Positions 12,748 through 27,288 are shown, numbered from the stretch's first letter. The stretch is 64,000 nucleotides of DNA from Octopus vulgaris (GCA_951406725.2 OX597815.1:207514001-207578000), one strand, 5' to 3'. Made by a program: numbers and translations. Notes: generated from the letters alone by a model not told the origin.

Positions 12748-13462
12748 CTTAAAACAAAGGGAAAACCCTTAAAATGAGTTTATTATCAGTTAAATGCATT
12801 TCATTTCATTTCTACCTGTTCGTAAATATGTGACTGGCTTTAATTTCAAGTGTTGAAGTTAACACTTGTTCTCACAGTGAGTAACTATTAATTAGGTATC
12901 AAAGACTCATTAAAACTACCAAATAATATCTCTTTCATAATCTCTCCGAACACCGTGAAATAAATTTTTCAAGCTCTTGCTTTCATCGTGTAGTTCAAAA
13001 TTTCATTTATTTACAAACTGAATGTATTTAGTAAGAAATTAGAGAAAAGATTTAATTACTGCTACATAACATATAATCCATATTTTATATTTCAATCTTA
13101 ATATTTAAATTAATTTTAACAAAATAATATTAGATGAAAAGCAAATATATCTTTGATGTCAACATTTAAGTGGGCTGAAATTTCATTTTTCTGACTCAGA
13201 AACTGATATATTTAACTGAATTTTAAAAGTTTATTTTGGACAATTTTCTTATAAATTACCAACTTAAAATTTATTCTTCATTAAAAAATTCTACAAAACT
13301 ATTAATTCAAAACATGAAACACTTAAGAGTCGAGTTTCTTTATGGCATGAAAACAAGTAGATTGTATGAATCAAGGACACTTAGAAGACTTAACTCTAAG
13401 TTTTTTTTTATTCTTTGAAATTCGGATTAATTTCAACTTTGGCATCCACATTTATATTTGTA

Positions 13463-14125
13463 ATATATTTGTTTTGCTTGTGCAAATAATAACGACTAGT
13501 TTCCCCACTTACTCATTTCAAGAGTCTTCTCTGAAATGTAAAAACATTTTGAATAAAATCGATGTTTTTGTTTTGCGGTGAGATGGCAGAGTCGTTAGCA
13601 CGCCGGGCAAAAAAATACTTAGCGGCACTTCGTCGGTCTTTACGTTCTGTGTTCAAATTCCACCGGGATTGACTTCGCCTTTCATCTTTTCGGGGTTGAT
13701 AAATAAGGTACCAGTTTCGCACTGGGGTCGATGTAATCGACTTAATCCCTTTGTCTGTCCTTGTTTGTCCCCTCTATGTTTAACCCCTTGTGGGAAATAA
13801 AGAAATAAATATATTTGTTTTACTTGTGCAAATAATAATGACCAGTTTCCCCACTTAGTCATTTCAAGTGTCTTCTCTAAAATGTAAAAACATTTTGAAT
13901 AAAATTAATATTTTTGTTTTGCTTAAGGCGGCGAGATGGCAGAGTCGTTGGCACGCCGGGCAAAAATTGTTTAGCGGCACTTCGTCCATCTTTACGTTCT
14001 GTGTTCAAATTCCATCGGGGTCGACATCGCCTTTCAATATTTTGTGGTCGATAAGATAAGCACCGGTTGAGTCAATGTAATCGACTTACCCCTTCCCTCA
14101 AAATTTCAGGCTTTGTGCCTACAAT
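13463..14125 (+). repeat. Tandem duplication (~345-bp period) of flank plus SINE B
   Basis: 13463-13575 matches 13809-13922, and each is followed by a SINE B head. Confidence 0.85.
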
Positions 14126-14525
14126 AGATAGTTTCATTTTATTGTTTGTAAAGAATCATTATTGGACGAAGAGGTGAGACTTGGTTAGAGTGCACTTAAA
14201 GTTATGCTTGTTTGTTGACCATAGCGCAATATTTACTACGAAAGATTATGAATAACAACGAAAGATACGTTTTTTTATTATTATTTTCCGATAAAAGAAT
14301 CCTTACGTGTCACAGACAGCGAAATCAAAATATAGTTTCTACACATAAACATTTGTTTCATGTTAATTAACTCCTAGTAATCATTAATGCTTTGCTATTT
14401 GTGAACACAACAGGATACTGTTCAGATTTTAAATATCCGCAACACATTACTACAGTGAAATTGCTTTTAAAAGTATAAAACAATTATAGTACACACATGC
14501 ATATATAGCTGTATGTGTATGTATG

Positions 14526-14559
<34 letters not shown>

Positions 14560-14560
<1 letters not shown>

Positions 14561-14701
14561 CATCATCATCATCATCGTTTAACGTCAGTTTTCCATGCTG
14601 TCATGGGTTGGACGGTTCGACCGGGGTCTGGTAAGCCAGGAGGCTGCACCAGGCTCCAGTCTGATCTGGCAGTGTTTCTACAACTGGATGCCCTTCCTAA
14701 C
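14560..14701 (-). mobile_element. SINE family E 3' part (Meta-domain-like, (ATG)n tail)
   Basis: Minus strand GTTAGGAAGGGCATCCAGTTGTAGAAAC; related copy at 63800-63988. Confidence 0.75.
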
Positions 14702-14734
14702 TTCGAAGATACTGTCAACAACATTCTCGTATAA

Positions 14735-14831
<97 letters not shown>

Positions 14832-15130
14832 GTTCTAACCGGTGCCCCAGGATGGCTACTGTCCAATGTTCAGTTATGACAAAAACGACCATACATTGAT
14901 CTGATGGATTACTTAACACTTCTGTAGAGTACAAATTTATAATTCTTATACAAGAATGTTGTTGACAATCACTTCGAAGTCTCGGCCAGCTAAGCTTAGC
15001 ATTCTTTTATAATAATTATAAATTTGTACCCTACAGAAGTGTAAAGTAATCCATCAGTTCAATGTATGGTCGTTTTTGTCATAACGGAACATTGGACAGC
15101 AGCCATCGTGGGTCATCGGTTAGAACGTTT
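14701..15130. repeat. Nested inverted repeat, probably Penelope-like terminal repeat
   Basis: 14828-14944 is inverted to 15013-15130; 14701-14735 is inverted to 14946-14979; decayed relative near 26262-26340. Confidence 0.7.
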
Positions 15131-15428
15131 TTTTTTTGTCGAACAATTCGACCCCAGTAGTTACTTTTTTAAGCCTGATAATCATATCGTTTTCCTTTTG
15201 CCGAACTGTTAAGTTACGGGGACGTAAACCACACCGGTTGTCAAGTGATGGTGGGACACACACACACACACACACACACAAACACTCTATGTATATATAT
15301 ATATATATATATATTGTAATTCGAATTGAAGTTATAGCCACGAAACGTACGTAGTCTTTTTACTTATTATATATTGTTTATTCATTTTTTTGTACTTTTT
15401 GTGATCTAGTTATATGTTTTATATTTAA

Positions 15429-15823
15429 CTAGCAGTATCGCCCGGCGTTGCTCGGGTTTGTAAGGGAAATAACTATATAAGCATTTTTTGAGATGTAAAG
15501 TATAATAGCCATCTCAATATGGCTAACCACAAAGGGGGGTGTTACTGTAGCTTTTTACGTTCTGAGATTTAATAATAAATTTTTAGAGACTTACTTCCCT
15601 TATATATGCCAAAAATGCATTAAAATGGGGAAAAATTGATGGTAAATTATTTTTTAAATCGTAGACTCATCGTAGACGCGCGCTAATACCCAGAAGGGCT
15701 CGATATGAATCACGACTATAAGATACCCGGTTTTGGTTAAACTGCACCGCAAAATGTGGGAGTAGTTAGGAATCTAAATCCAAGGAGACAGACAGCACAC
15801 AACCTCTCTTTTATATATAAAGA
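15429..15823 (-). mobile_element. Non-autonomous Helitron H-A with ~90-bp extra internal segment
   Basis: Same termini as 1601-1903 (CTAG at 15429, TC start at 15823), A|T insertion site. Confidence 0.9.
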
Positions 15824-15889
15824 TTTTATTTTTTCTTTATGATTTGGTTTATGTCTATCATTGTTTGAATTACATAATAGTGGTTTTTC

Positions 15890-15942
<53 letters not shown>

Positions 15943-16593
15943 CATATATATATGTATGGGCTTCTTTCAGTTGCCGTCTACCACATCAACTAACAAGGCT
16001 TTGGTCGGTCCGTGACTATATTAGAAGACACTTGTGGTTGGCAAGAAAACTTCTTATCACGCAGCCACACCTGCGCGCACGCCTGTGTGTATGTGTGCGT
16101 GCGCGATCAGTTGGAAGTCATTAGAGCTCTGGTATATTGCTGTGATAATCGCTCAGGCTCTCACGTCTCTGGGTTCAAAACGCTCTGCAGTCACTTTGCC
16201 CTGCATCCTCTTTGAGGGATAAAATGTGATTCCTGCACAAAGGTCAATTTTTGTCTTTCTCACATACATTTTGTTTTTTTTTTTTTCTTTTTTGGTCTAC
16301 CTTTATCCCTTATCGAAGAAATCAATTGTGATTAGGCTTGGAAAAAAGATGGGCCTCGTCGTATCTAAAAACACCAGAGACACGCCGTATATCACGACAG
16401 CGCCCCAACGATTTCATTAAATAGTTTAGAGCCCAATGAATGGCAAGCATCGGGCTCTAATACATACATAGTAGAAATAAATACGAATGTATGAATGAAA
16501 AATATGGTCAAATTATCTTCGTTTTCTTTGTGTTAGCGTACTAATATCAACGACACACCAATATGTTGATTTAGCATTTTGCTTTCTCTCTCT

Positions 16594-16671
<78 letters not shown>

Positions 16672-17387
16672 ATTATTATTAAGCCCTAAATTTAGCATTC
16701 AAATATTTTAAAACGTTTCCTCCCAAATGTACATATTTTAAATATGCAGGTTTTCGTCTCAAAAATAACAAGTGTGTGTGTGTGTGTGCGTCATAATAGT
16801 TGAATAACCTTGGAGAAAATATTTGGTTATTGAAGAAGGGTTTTTTTGGTTTTTTGTTTTTTTTTATTATTATTCTTGGAGAAAGATCTGTCTTTAAAAA
16901 TAGAAAATTTCTGATTCAGCAATATTGTCCCAGTATCATTTACAATAAAACAACCTATTTTTCGTGTTCTCTGAAGAGTATGATTAACATTGTGTGGAAC
17001 TCTGATGTATTTCGAAACCTCTTATGTGAGTGTCTTTGGTGTGTGCGCGCGCGTGCGTTTGTGTGTTTGTATTGCCTTGGGATTTAGCATACTTCCCAAG
17101 TTTTACAAAGGACTGACAAAACAAAACAAAGAGATGCCAAATAATACCATATCAGTATATGCTTGCGTATATATGTCCATGCACGTGTGTTCTTTTTTTT
17201 TTGTTTTTGTTTTGTTTTTTTTATATGGCATTTCTTGGAAATTACCAATTTAATCTCTCAGCACTTATAATACATTATAATAAACATATAAACAAGCATT
17301 GGAACTTAGAGGATGTTAGTGTGTGATATTACTATGGTTTTATTCCATAGGATTTCCAAGTCCGAAATAAATATTATACATAGATGC

Positions 17388-19282
17388 GTACATACATACA
17401 TACATTCCTACATTCATACATGCATGCATACATATATACATACATGCATACATACATACATACATACATACATACATACAAACATACATACATACATTCC
17501 TACATGCATGCATACATGCATCCATACATACAGGCATGCATCCATACATGCATGCATGCATACATACATACATACATACATACATACATTCCTACATACA
17601 TTCCTACATTCATACATACATACATACATACATGCATACATACATGCATACATACATACATACATACATGCATACGTACATGCATACATACGTACATACA
17701 TACATACATTCCTACATACATACATACATGCATGCATACATACATACATACATACATACATACATGCATGCATACATGCATGCATACATACATACATGCA
17801 TACATACATGCAAACATACATACATACATGCATACATACATGCATACATACATACATTCAAACATACATACATGCATACATGCATACATACATGCATACA
17901 TGCATACATACATACATACATACATACATACATACATACATACATGCATACATACATGCATACATACATACATGCATACATACATGCATACATACATACA
18001 TACATGCATACATACATACATACATACATGCATACATACATGCATGCATGCATACATACATACATACATACATACATACATACATACATTCCTACATGCA
18101 TACATACATACATTCCTACATGCATACATACATACATACCTACATGCATACATACATACATACATACATACATACATACATACATACATACATACATACA
18201 TACATAGGCACAAGAGTTGCTGTGTGATGAAAGGCTTGCTTCCCAACCACACGGTTCCTGCATACTTACATACATGCATACATACATACATACATATATG
18301 CATACATACATACATACATGCATGCATACATACATGCATACATACATACATTCAAACATACATACATGCATGCATACATGCATACATACATACATGCATA
18401 CATACATGCATACATACGTGTACTTGTGTGTCTGTGATTGTCCTCCCTTCATCGCTTGACAATCGATGTTGGTGTGTTTGCGTCCCCGTAGCATGGCGGT
18501 TTGGCAAAAGAGACGCAATAGAATAAGTGCTAGGTTAACAGAGAATAAGTCCTGGGGTTGATTTGTACATACATACATACATACATACATACATACATGC
18601 ATACATACATGCATACATACATGCATGCATACATGCATGCATACATGCATGCATACATACATGCATACATACATGCATACATACATACGTGTATACATAC
18701 ATACATACATACATACGTACATGCATACATACGTACATACATACATTCACACATACATACATACATGCATACATACATACATACATATACATACATACAT
18801 ACATACATACATACATACATACATACATACATACATACATGCATACATACATACATGCATGCATACATACATGCATGCATACATACATTCCTGCATACTT
18901 ACATACATACATACATACATACATTCCTACATGCATACATACATACATTCCTACATACATTCCTGCATGCATGCATGCATGCATACATGCACTTTGAACA
19001 AACATACATACGTACATTCCTACATACATACATACATACATACATACATACATACATACATAGGCACAAGACCGGCCTCCCCTCTCCGCATTATCCAAGG
19101 AAAAGGTAAAGGCTAATACAGCTTGGTACTTGTGACGTCGCAATTCATTTCTACAGCTGAGTGGAATGGAGCAACGTGAAATAAAGTGTCTTGCTCAAGG
19201 ACACAACACGCAGCCCGGTCCGGGATTCGAACTCACAACCTCGCGATCGCAAGCTCGTATACAGAAACGGAAAGAAGCCCGT

Positions 19283-19337
<55 letters not shown>

Positions 19338-20007
19338 GCGTAATTGTGTGTCTGTGTTTGTCCTCCCTTCATCGCTTGACAATCGGTGTTGGTGCGTTTG
19401 TGTCCGCGTAGCATGGCGGTTTGGCAAAAGAGACGCAATAGAATAAGTGCTAGGTTAACAGAGAATAAGTCCTGGGGTTGATTTGTACGACTAAAGGTGG
19501 TGCTCCAGCATGGCTGCAGTCAAATGACTGAAAACAAGTAGCAGAATAAAAGAAAGAATACATACAGACATACATACATACACACATACATACATACATA
19601 CACACATACATACATACACACATATACACATACACACACACATACATACATACACACATACACACACATACATACATACATACACACACATACATACATA
19701 CATACACACATATACACATACACACACACATACACACACACATACATACATACAAACACACATACATACATACATACACACATACATACATACACACACA
19801 TACACACACACATACATACATACATACATACACACATACACACACACATACATACATACATACACACACATACACACACACATACATACATACATACATA
19901 CATACATACATTCCTGCATACTTACATGCATGCATACACACATACACACACACATACATACATACATACACACACACATACACACACACATACATACATA
20001 CATACAT

Positions 20008-20058
<51 letters not shown>

Positions 20059-20072
20059 TACATGTATGTATG
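17388..20072. repeat. Large (TACA)n/(TGCA) microsatellite field with embedded duplicated SINE fragments
   Basis: Read directly; source of the HTYI/MYVC ORFs. Confidence 0.95.
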
Positions 20073-20204
20073 TAAACGTAACACAGTATTGAAAAATCAA
20101 AGTTCAATATCTGTTTAAACTGTGGGAACGCAACTCTGAAACTTATCAATTCACATGTTGGTCAATTAAAAATGCATTGTTTCTTTGAACACATACACAT
20201 ATGC

Positions 20205-20478
20205 TGAGACCCCCTTCGGTCATGACTGACCATGGGATTGCACCTAGGAAGTTACCCTCCCAGGCACAAGTCCGGGCAAAGTTCATACCGGCCTCCCCTC
20301 TCCACGTTATCCAAGGGAAAGGCAGATGGCTAATACAGATTGGCACCAGTGACATCGCAACTCATTTCAACAGCTGAGTGAACTGGAGCAACGTGAAATA
20401 AAGTGTCTTGCTCAAGAACACAACACGCAGCCCGGTCCGGGATTCGAACTCACAACCTCGCGATCGCAAGCTCGTATA
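20205..20478 (-). mobile_element. SINE family D
   Basis: GAGACCCCCTTCGGTCATGACTGACCATGGG...GAGCAACGTGAAATAAAGTGTCTTGCTCAAG; relatives at 19065-19258, 24087-24300, 51943-52250. Confidence 0.85.
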
Positions 20479-20655
20479 CACACACACACACACACGCGCG
20501 CGTATATATAAGCAAAGTAGCTAGTTGTAAAATCTCAAGGGATAAGGATAGTAAGTATTTTATTTATGCGCCCTTTTCAAGACTAGCCAGGCTCATGGGC
20601 CCGGTTTCGTCGTAACCGACGGAGTGCCACGATATACGTATATATATATATATAT

Positions 20656-20796
20656 GCAGGAGTGGCTGTGTGGTAAGTAGCTTGCTAACCAACCACATGG
20701 TTCCGGGTTCAGTTCCACTGCGTGGCATCTTGGGCAAGTGTCTTCAAAGCCTTGTGAGTGGATTTAGTAGACGAAAACTGAAAGAAGCCTGTCGTA

Positions 20797-20843
<47 letters not shown>

Positions 20844-21053
20844 TTGTGTGTCTGTGTTTGTCCCCCTAGCATTGCTTGACAACCGATGCTGGTGTGTTTA
20901 CGTCCCCCGTTACTTAGCGGTTCGGCAAAAGAGACCGATAGAATAAGTACTGGTCTTACAAAGAATAAGTCCTGGGGTCGATTTGCTCGACTAAAGACGA
21001 TGCTCCAGCATGGCCGCAGTCAAATGACTGAAACAAGTAAAAGAGTAAAAGAG
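20656..21053 (+). mobile_element. SINE family A
   Basis: Near full-length match to the other A copies. Confidence 0.9.
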
Positions 21054-21404
21054 TATATATATATATATATAAATTAATAAATAAAACATATGCATATATA
21101 CATACATATATGTACGTACCTACATCTACATGTATATATACATGCATATATGGGTACAGGACACCAAAAAAAAAAAACGTGGAACACAATGAGAAAAGAA
21201 AACATAAAAAGAAAACCAAGGAACTGGACATTTTTCTTAAGCAACAAAAAAAATAGAGTACAGGACAAATAACACAAGGAAAATTCCCCTTCTTCAGTCG
21301 TCATGGTTTCATCTACTCTGCGTTTCGAAATAACGAGCGTTACTGAAGCTATCGTTAACCAGCGAATCTATGAGCCCACCTGCTGGGACACTTTTGCATG
21401 CATA

Positions 21405-21620
21405 CTCTTTTACTCTTTTCTCTTTTACTTGTTTCAGTCATTTGACTGCGGCCATGCTGGAACACCGCCTTTAGTCGAGCAACTCGACCCCGGGACTTAT
21501 TCTTTGTAAGCCCAGTACTTATTCTATCGGAGTCTTTTGCCGAACCGCTAAGTAACGGGGACGTAAACACACCAGCATCGGTTGTCAAGCAATGCTAGGG
21601 GGACAAACACAGACACACAA

Positions 21621-21659
<39 letters not shown>

Positions 21660-21821
21660 CGACGGGCTTCTTTCAGTTTCCGTCTACCAAATCCACTCAC
21701 AAGGCTTTGGTCGGCCCGAGGCTATAGTAGAAGACACTTGCCCAAGGTGCCACGCAGTGGGACTGAACCCGGAACCATGCGGTTGGTTAACAAGCTACTT
21801 ACCACACAGCCACTCCTGCGC
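21405..21821 (-). mobile_element. SINE family A
   Basis: Full-length reverse copy. Confidence 0.9.
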
Positions 21822-22125
21822 TATACTAGTAACATTTGCCGTGAACTTCTTTCATGTTACATATTCGCGGCATTGTCAATACAACATTAGGGACTCCTCA
21901 CTTTCTGCTTAAAATATGATTCATTTTGTTTAAAGATAATTATTTTCCTATCTGGTTTGAACGTCTGCAGATAAGGCACTTCTGAAATGATTTATTACAT
22001 TCTCTTGTAAGATATCATGCCCTTAATTTTTTGCCTTTTTTTTCACTTGTTGTTTGCTGGTACTTCTATCGTTCTTGTTACTGACACCCTGTCTGTCTTT
22101 CTAAACTCTCCACCGAGTATTGTAT

Positions 22126-22352
22126 CTCTTTACTCTTTTGCTTGTTTCAGTCATGTGACTGTGGCCATGCTGGAGCACCGCCTTTTAGTCGAGGAAATCG
22201 AACCCAGAACTTATTCTTTGTAAGCCTAGTACTTATTCTATCGGCCTCTTTTGCCGAACCGCTAAGTTACGGGGACATAAACACACCAGCATCGGTTGTC
22301 AAGCGATGTTGGGGGGACAAACACAGACACACAAACATATACACACACACAC

Positions 22353-22383
<31 letters not shown>

Positions 22384-22536
22384 CACACGACGGGCTTCTT
22401 TTAATTTCCGTCACAAGGCTTTGGTTGGCCCGTGGCTATAGTAGAAGACACTTTCCCAAGGTGCCACGTAGTGGGACTGAACCCGGAACCATGTGGTTCT
22501 TAAGCAAGCTACTTATCACAGAGCCACTCCTACGTC
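22126..22536 (-). mobile_element. SINE family A
   Basis: Full-length reverse copy, more diverged. Confidence 0.88.
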
Positions 22537-23265
22537 TCATGTGTATCTTATTTTCCTTACTGATTGAAAATAATTCCATCTACCCGAAAAATACACAACT
22601 ACGGCTTATCTTCTACGCAGTATTTGAAAATTATGTATTAGAAGCCTTCACATAGAATGGACTTTAAAATGATTGGTTGACTTGAAGAAAAAGCATAACT
22701 TAGGCAAATATAAACTTGAAGAATAGATGACGTTCTGAGTAAACACACACGCACACGTACACACACGCGCACGCGCACGCACGCACGCACGCACGCACGT
22801 GTGCGCACACACATGCGCACCGTAGACAAGTAACCTTCCTTTTCTGATTAGGAAACCGGAAATATGGATTTTAGTCTCGTTACGATTTCCCTTTTCCTTT
22901 TATTTCTAACGGGTTTTCCTTACCCTTTTAATAATTCTTTCATTGTTGCGGGGTTTCTTTGGATAAGACATTTAAATCTAGTTTTTGTTTTCTTTTTTTT
23001 TTTCTTTTTCCCGTTTTCAAGCAATCGGGCTGTGGAAAATTAATCAACAGATATAATAGAAAATTACCTGCAATAAAATATATCTTCCATTACCTCACAC
23101 ATTTCGAAATCTTAGAAACGGCTATGGCTTCTAAGGTGAGTCACCTGGTTTAGATCTCGGTTCAAGTTTATTTTATTTATGAACACCACTAAATCGCTTG
23201 GTCAGAGTTCACTTAAAGTTATGCTCGCTTGTTGACCACAAGGCAATATTTACTGTGAATGATTA

Positions 23266-23682
23266 AGACGGCGAGCTGGCAGAAACGTTAGCACGCAGGG
23301 CGAAATGCGTAGCCGTATTTCGTCTGCCGTTACGTTCTGAGTTCAAAATCCGCCGAGCTCGATTTTGCCTTTCATCCTTTCGGGGTCGATAAATTAAGTA
23401 CCAGTTACGCACTGGGGGCGATGTAATCGACTTAATCCGTTTGTCTGTCCTTGTTTGTCCTCTCTGTGTTTAGCCCCTTGTGTATAGTAAAGAAATAGGT
23501 ATTTCGTCTGCTGTTACGTCCTGAGTTCAAATTCTGCAGAGGTAGACTTTGTCTTTCATCCTTTCAGGGTCGATAAATACCAGTACCAGTTACGCACTGG
23601 GCTCGATGTAATCGGCTTAATCCCTTTGTCTGTCCTTGTTTGTCCCCTCTATGTTTAGCCTCTCGTAGGCAATAATGAAATA
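23266..23682 (+). mobile_element. Dimeric SINE B with 18-bp TSD
   Basis: Full unit followed by a head-less second unit; TSD ATTTACTGTGAATGATTA at 23248-23265 and 23683-23700. Confidence 0.92.
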
Positions 23683-24086
23683 ATTTACTGTGAATGATTA
23701 TGGATAACAACGAAAGATACATTACTTTTTCCTCTCTTAACTAAATCTAGTTCAAATGCTTGACTCGATTCTATATTGTAGTCAATATACGGAACAGGTA
23801 TTTAAGTTCCTCGAGATAAATATAACTGAATATCAACCACCTCAATATTTTACCTAGTAAATAACTCCAACACTTTGATGTTCCCTTCATCTATTACTCT
23901 AAAACCTTGTGATTGCTTAAAACAAAATTGGTTGGGGAAGATAACCTAGAACAGTTATACGTTTTGTATTGTTCAAAGTATCAAGATTTTAAAATGATTT
24001 ATAGAAATATACATGCTCCAATTTAAAAGAGAACTTTACTTCAGTTAATCAGACCATAAAGTTTATAAATGCTGATTGATATGGGG

Positions 24087-24300
24087 AGACCCCCTTCGGT
24101 CATGAATGACCATGGGATTGCAAGTTACCCTCCGAGGTACAAGTCCGGGCAAGGTTGTTTATGGAAGGCCAGCAGTCGCCCATGCATACCGGTCTCCGCT
24201 CTCCACACCACTGATGTTATCTAAGGGAAAGGCCGATACAGCTTGGCACCAGTGATGTCGCAACTCATTTCTACAGCTGAGTTAACTGGAGCAACGTGAA
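24087..24300 (-). mobile_element. SINE family D 3' part
   Basis: Matches 20205-20400; CTGATTGATAT repeated on both sides. Confidence 0.85.
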
Positions 24301-25132
24301 CTGATTGATATACAATAATTATTTTGGTGGAAAATATCTCAGTAGGTATAAAACGAAGGAAATTACTAAGTTAAAATATTAAATTTGTATTAAAAGTAGA
24401 AACTAAAGCTACTAATGAGAAGTCACGACCTAGAATGTACTTTAAAGTATTTCGTTAATCTTAGTTCCAGGGTAGGGAAGAAAATGACTGGTCATTGGTG
24501 AGGGGATAGGGGAATGCTGCCCTACAAAACATAACTTCAGTAAATGTAAACCTCAAGAATGAGTGAAGTTATGTATGAACTCTCATCTCTCACCCACACA
24601 TACACGCATTATGTTAACGCATAATAGGTCTGTGTAGGAGAGCATTTCATTGTGCGTATCAGTGTGTGAAATTAAATGTGTAAGTCTGTGTAGGCAGATG
24701 TATAAAGTGTGAAGATAATGGTTTTAAACTATAATTAAGCCAACCGAAGCAACTTAACGAGATGATGATTAGCAACCGTTAATTAATTATCATTTCATTA
24801 AAATTTCTTTAGAATTAGGTCAAAACCTATCATCCTTTGTTTCTCTATTTCCCTCTCACTCTCTCTTTATCCCTCTTTTCTCTCTCTTTCTCTCTCCCTC
24901 TCTCTCTCTCTCTCTCATTTCATCTAACTTTCTAGTTAAAATTTATCTTTACATCCAATCACATTTGATTCTAAAGTACACATGTATAACATAGATGTCT
25001 GTATAAATGTATGTATATGCATACATACAAGTGCACGCACGCACACACACACACACACATACACACACATACACACACATACAAACACATACACACACAC
25101 ATACACACACACACACAAACAAACACACATAT

Positions 25133-25540
25133 AGGCACAGGCGTGGCTGTGTGGTAAGTAGCTTGTTTACCAACCACATGGTTCCGGGTTCAGTCCCACT
25201 GCGTGGCACCATGGGCAAGTGTCTTCTGCTATAGCCTCGGGCCGACCAAAGCCTTGTGAGTGGATTTGGTAGGCGGAAACTGAAAGAAGCCCGTCGTATA
25301 TATGTATATATATGTATGCGTGTGTGTGTTTGTGTGTCTGTGTTTGTCCCCCTAGCATTGCTTGACAGCCGATGCTGGTATGTTTATGTCCCCGTTACCT
25401 AGCGGTTCGGCAAAAGAGACCGATAGAATAAGTACTGGGCTTACAAAAGAATAAGTCCCGGGGTCGAGTTGCTCGATTAAAGGCGGTGCTCCAGCATGGC
25501 CGCAGTCAAATGACTGAAACAAGCAAAAGAGAGAAAAGAG
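25133..25540 (+). mobile_element. SINE family A
   Basis: Full-length copy. Confidence 0.9.
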
Positions 25541-25595
25541 TCTACACATACACGTAAACATATTCTATTCTATGTTATATTATCTAACTTTCTAG

Positions 25596-25627
<32 letters not shown>

Positions 25628-26389
25628 TCAGGTGGTTAAGAAGTTCGCTTCGTAATCAGGAATCTCCGGATACGATCCCACTGCGCAGCATCTAGGACAA
25701 ACGTCAGTTATTACAGCCTAAGGTCCATCCGGGCACTGTAAGTGAAACCGGGTTGACGGACAGAAAGCGTAGAGAAGCCCGCCGTATGGATTGGACCCGT
25801 AACATTCTTGTCACACACTGTATCATGTTGATTCTGTTTGTGAATTATGTTAAGAGTTCATGTGTCTTTGGAATGCTTATTCAGCTAATTCATTTGGTCG
25901 AATAAGAAATTACTCATATACCCTGAACCGACAGCCATCCACCTATTCTTCCATCCGCATGTAAACACACGTGTATGTATGTATGTGCGCGCGCGTCTGT
26001 ATTGCAAATTTGTTAGCCAAAAGAAAAATGGACGAATGACAAATTTATTCACAGAAAAATACAGAACGGCATCGAAACTTAAAGATGACTAATTTTAAGT
26101 ATCTTGTATTTGTAAAAAATGATTTGACCGACTTCTTTTAAATTATCGCTTGCTGAAAGGTATTGCATTTTCATAGCTCGAGATCTCATCTGCCTACGTA
26201 TCTATCTCTCTCTATATCTATCTAATTCTGTACGATGGCGGCTTAGAACTGTTAATACTCTTCTTAAGAATTATAAATATGTACTCTACAAAAAGTATTG
26301 AGCAATCCTTTAGTTTAATGTAAAGCTGTTTTCGTTATAACATCATAAAAACAAACATTAACATATCTATCTATCTATCTATCTATCTA

Positions 26390-27115
26390 CGGGGCCGACC
26401 TGCCCGAGATGCGGGCAGAGCGACGAAACCGCTCTGCACGCAATCGTGCAGTGTCCAGCAATTTCCCACCTGTGGGCTTATGTCGAACGACTACTGTCAC
26501 GTGTGGGACGTGTCGGTTTATCAGCCGAGTCTATCGTTAATATCGTCACGCCTCCTTCCTTCAAACGGGAAGGAAGAGCTATTTTTATCATACTTGTGGC
26601 TATGGCGAAAGAATGTATCTGGTGGACGCGTCTGAAAGGATTAGAGACAAACACTTTCCTCTCTGGTCAATCTCTCATCAACTTCTTCAAGTATCACTTG
26701 AAGAAAAAAGTGAGAGTAGAGAGGCAAGTTTTGTCTAGTGAATGTTTTAAAAAAAGATGGGTGAATGTAGCAAGGATGGCACGTATGAATGACGAAGCCA
26801 CCTTGACTATGATTCTATGAACAGTAAAAATTAATACAGAGAGTTGCTTATTTGCAAAAAAAAAAAAAGAAATATAACATGTGACTTCATTGACCGAGGT
26901 TACCGTGGTCTTTTCCGTAGGCTTTTCTTTCCACGGGTAAACCTCACCTGTCCCCCCTTTACACTTCATATTGACATTTCTGTGATAACGATCCCTATTG
27001 ATCAATTTTTTTTTCCTCTCCCCCTTTTTTTTAACCCCCCTTTTTTTGTCCTCTTTCTCTCCTTTTACGATCCCTTTTGATCGACCCCCCCTTTTTTTAT
27101 TTTATTTTATTTTTA

Positions 27116-27146
<31 letters not shown>

Positions 27147-27233
27147 TTTTTTTTTTTTAAACCTTCAAAAGAAAAGCTCTACCTTGTAATTTGTTCTATC
27201 TGTGTGCAGCCCTGTGTGGCTAATAAAGAAACA

Positions 27234-27234
<1 letters not shown>
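26390..27234 (+). mobile_element. Tx1/L1-clade LINE 3' end inserted in (CTAT)n
   Basis: CPRCGQSDETALHAIVQCP zinc finger, ORF to 26820, T-rich 3' UTR ending AATAAAGAAACA; (CTAT)n on both sides. Confidence 0.85.

Positions 27235-27288
<54 letters not shown>

Noticed and set aside
16426-16460. 13-bp-stem hairpin TTAGAGCCCAATG / CATCGGGCTCTAA
   Set aside because: Isolated; no CTAG end, TSD or second copy to support an element or RNA gene.
17313-20149. Long ORFs up to 380 aa (HTYI/MYVC repeats)
   Set aside because: Translations of (TACA)n, which lacks stops in most frames; no coding signal.
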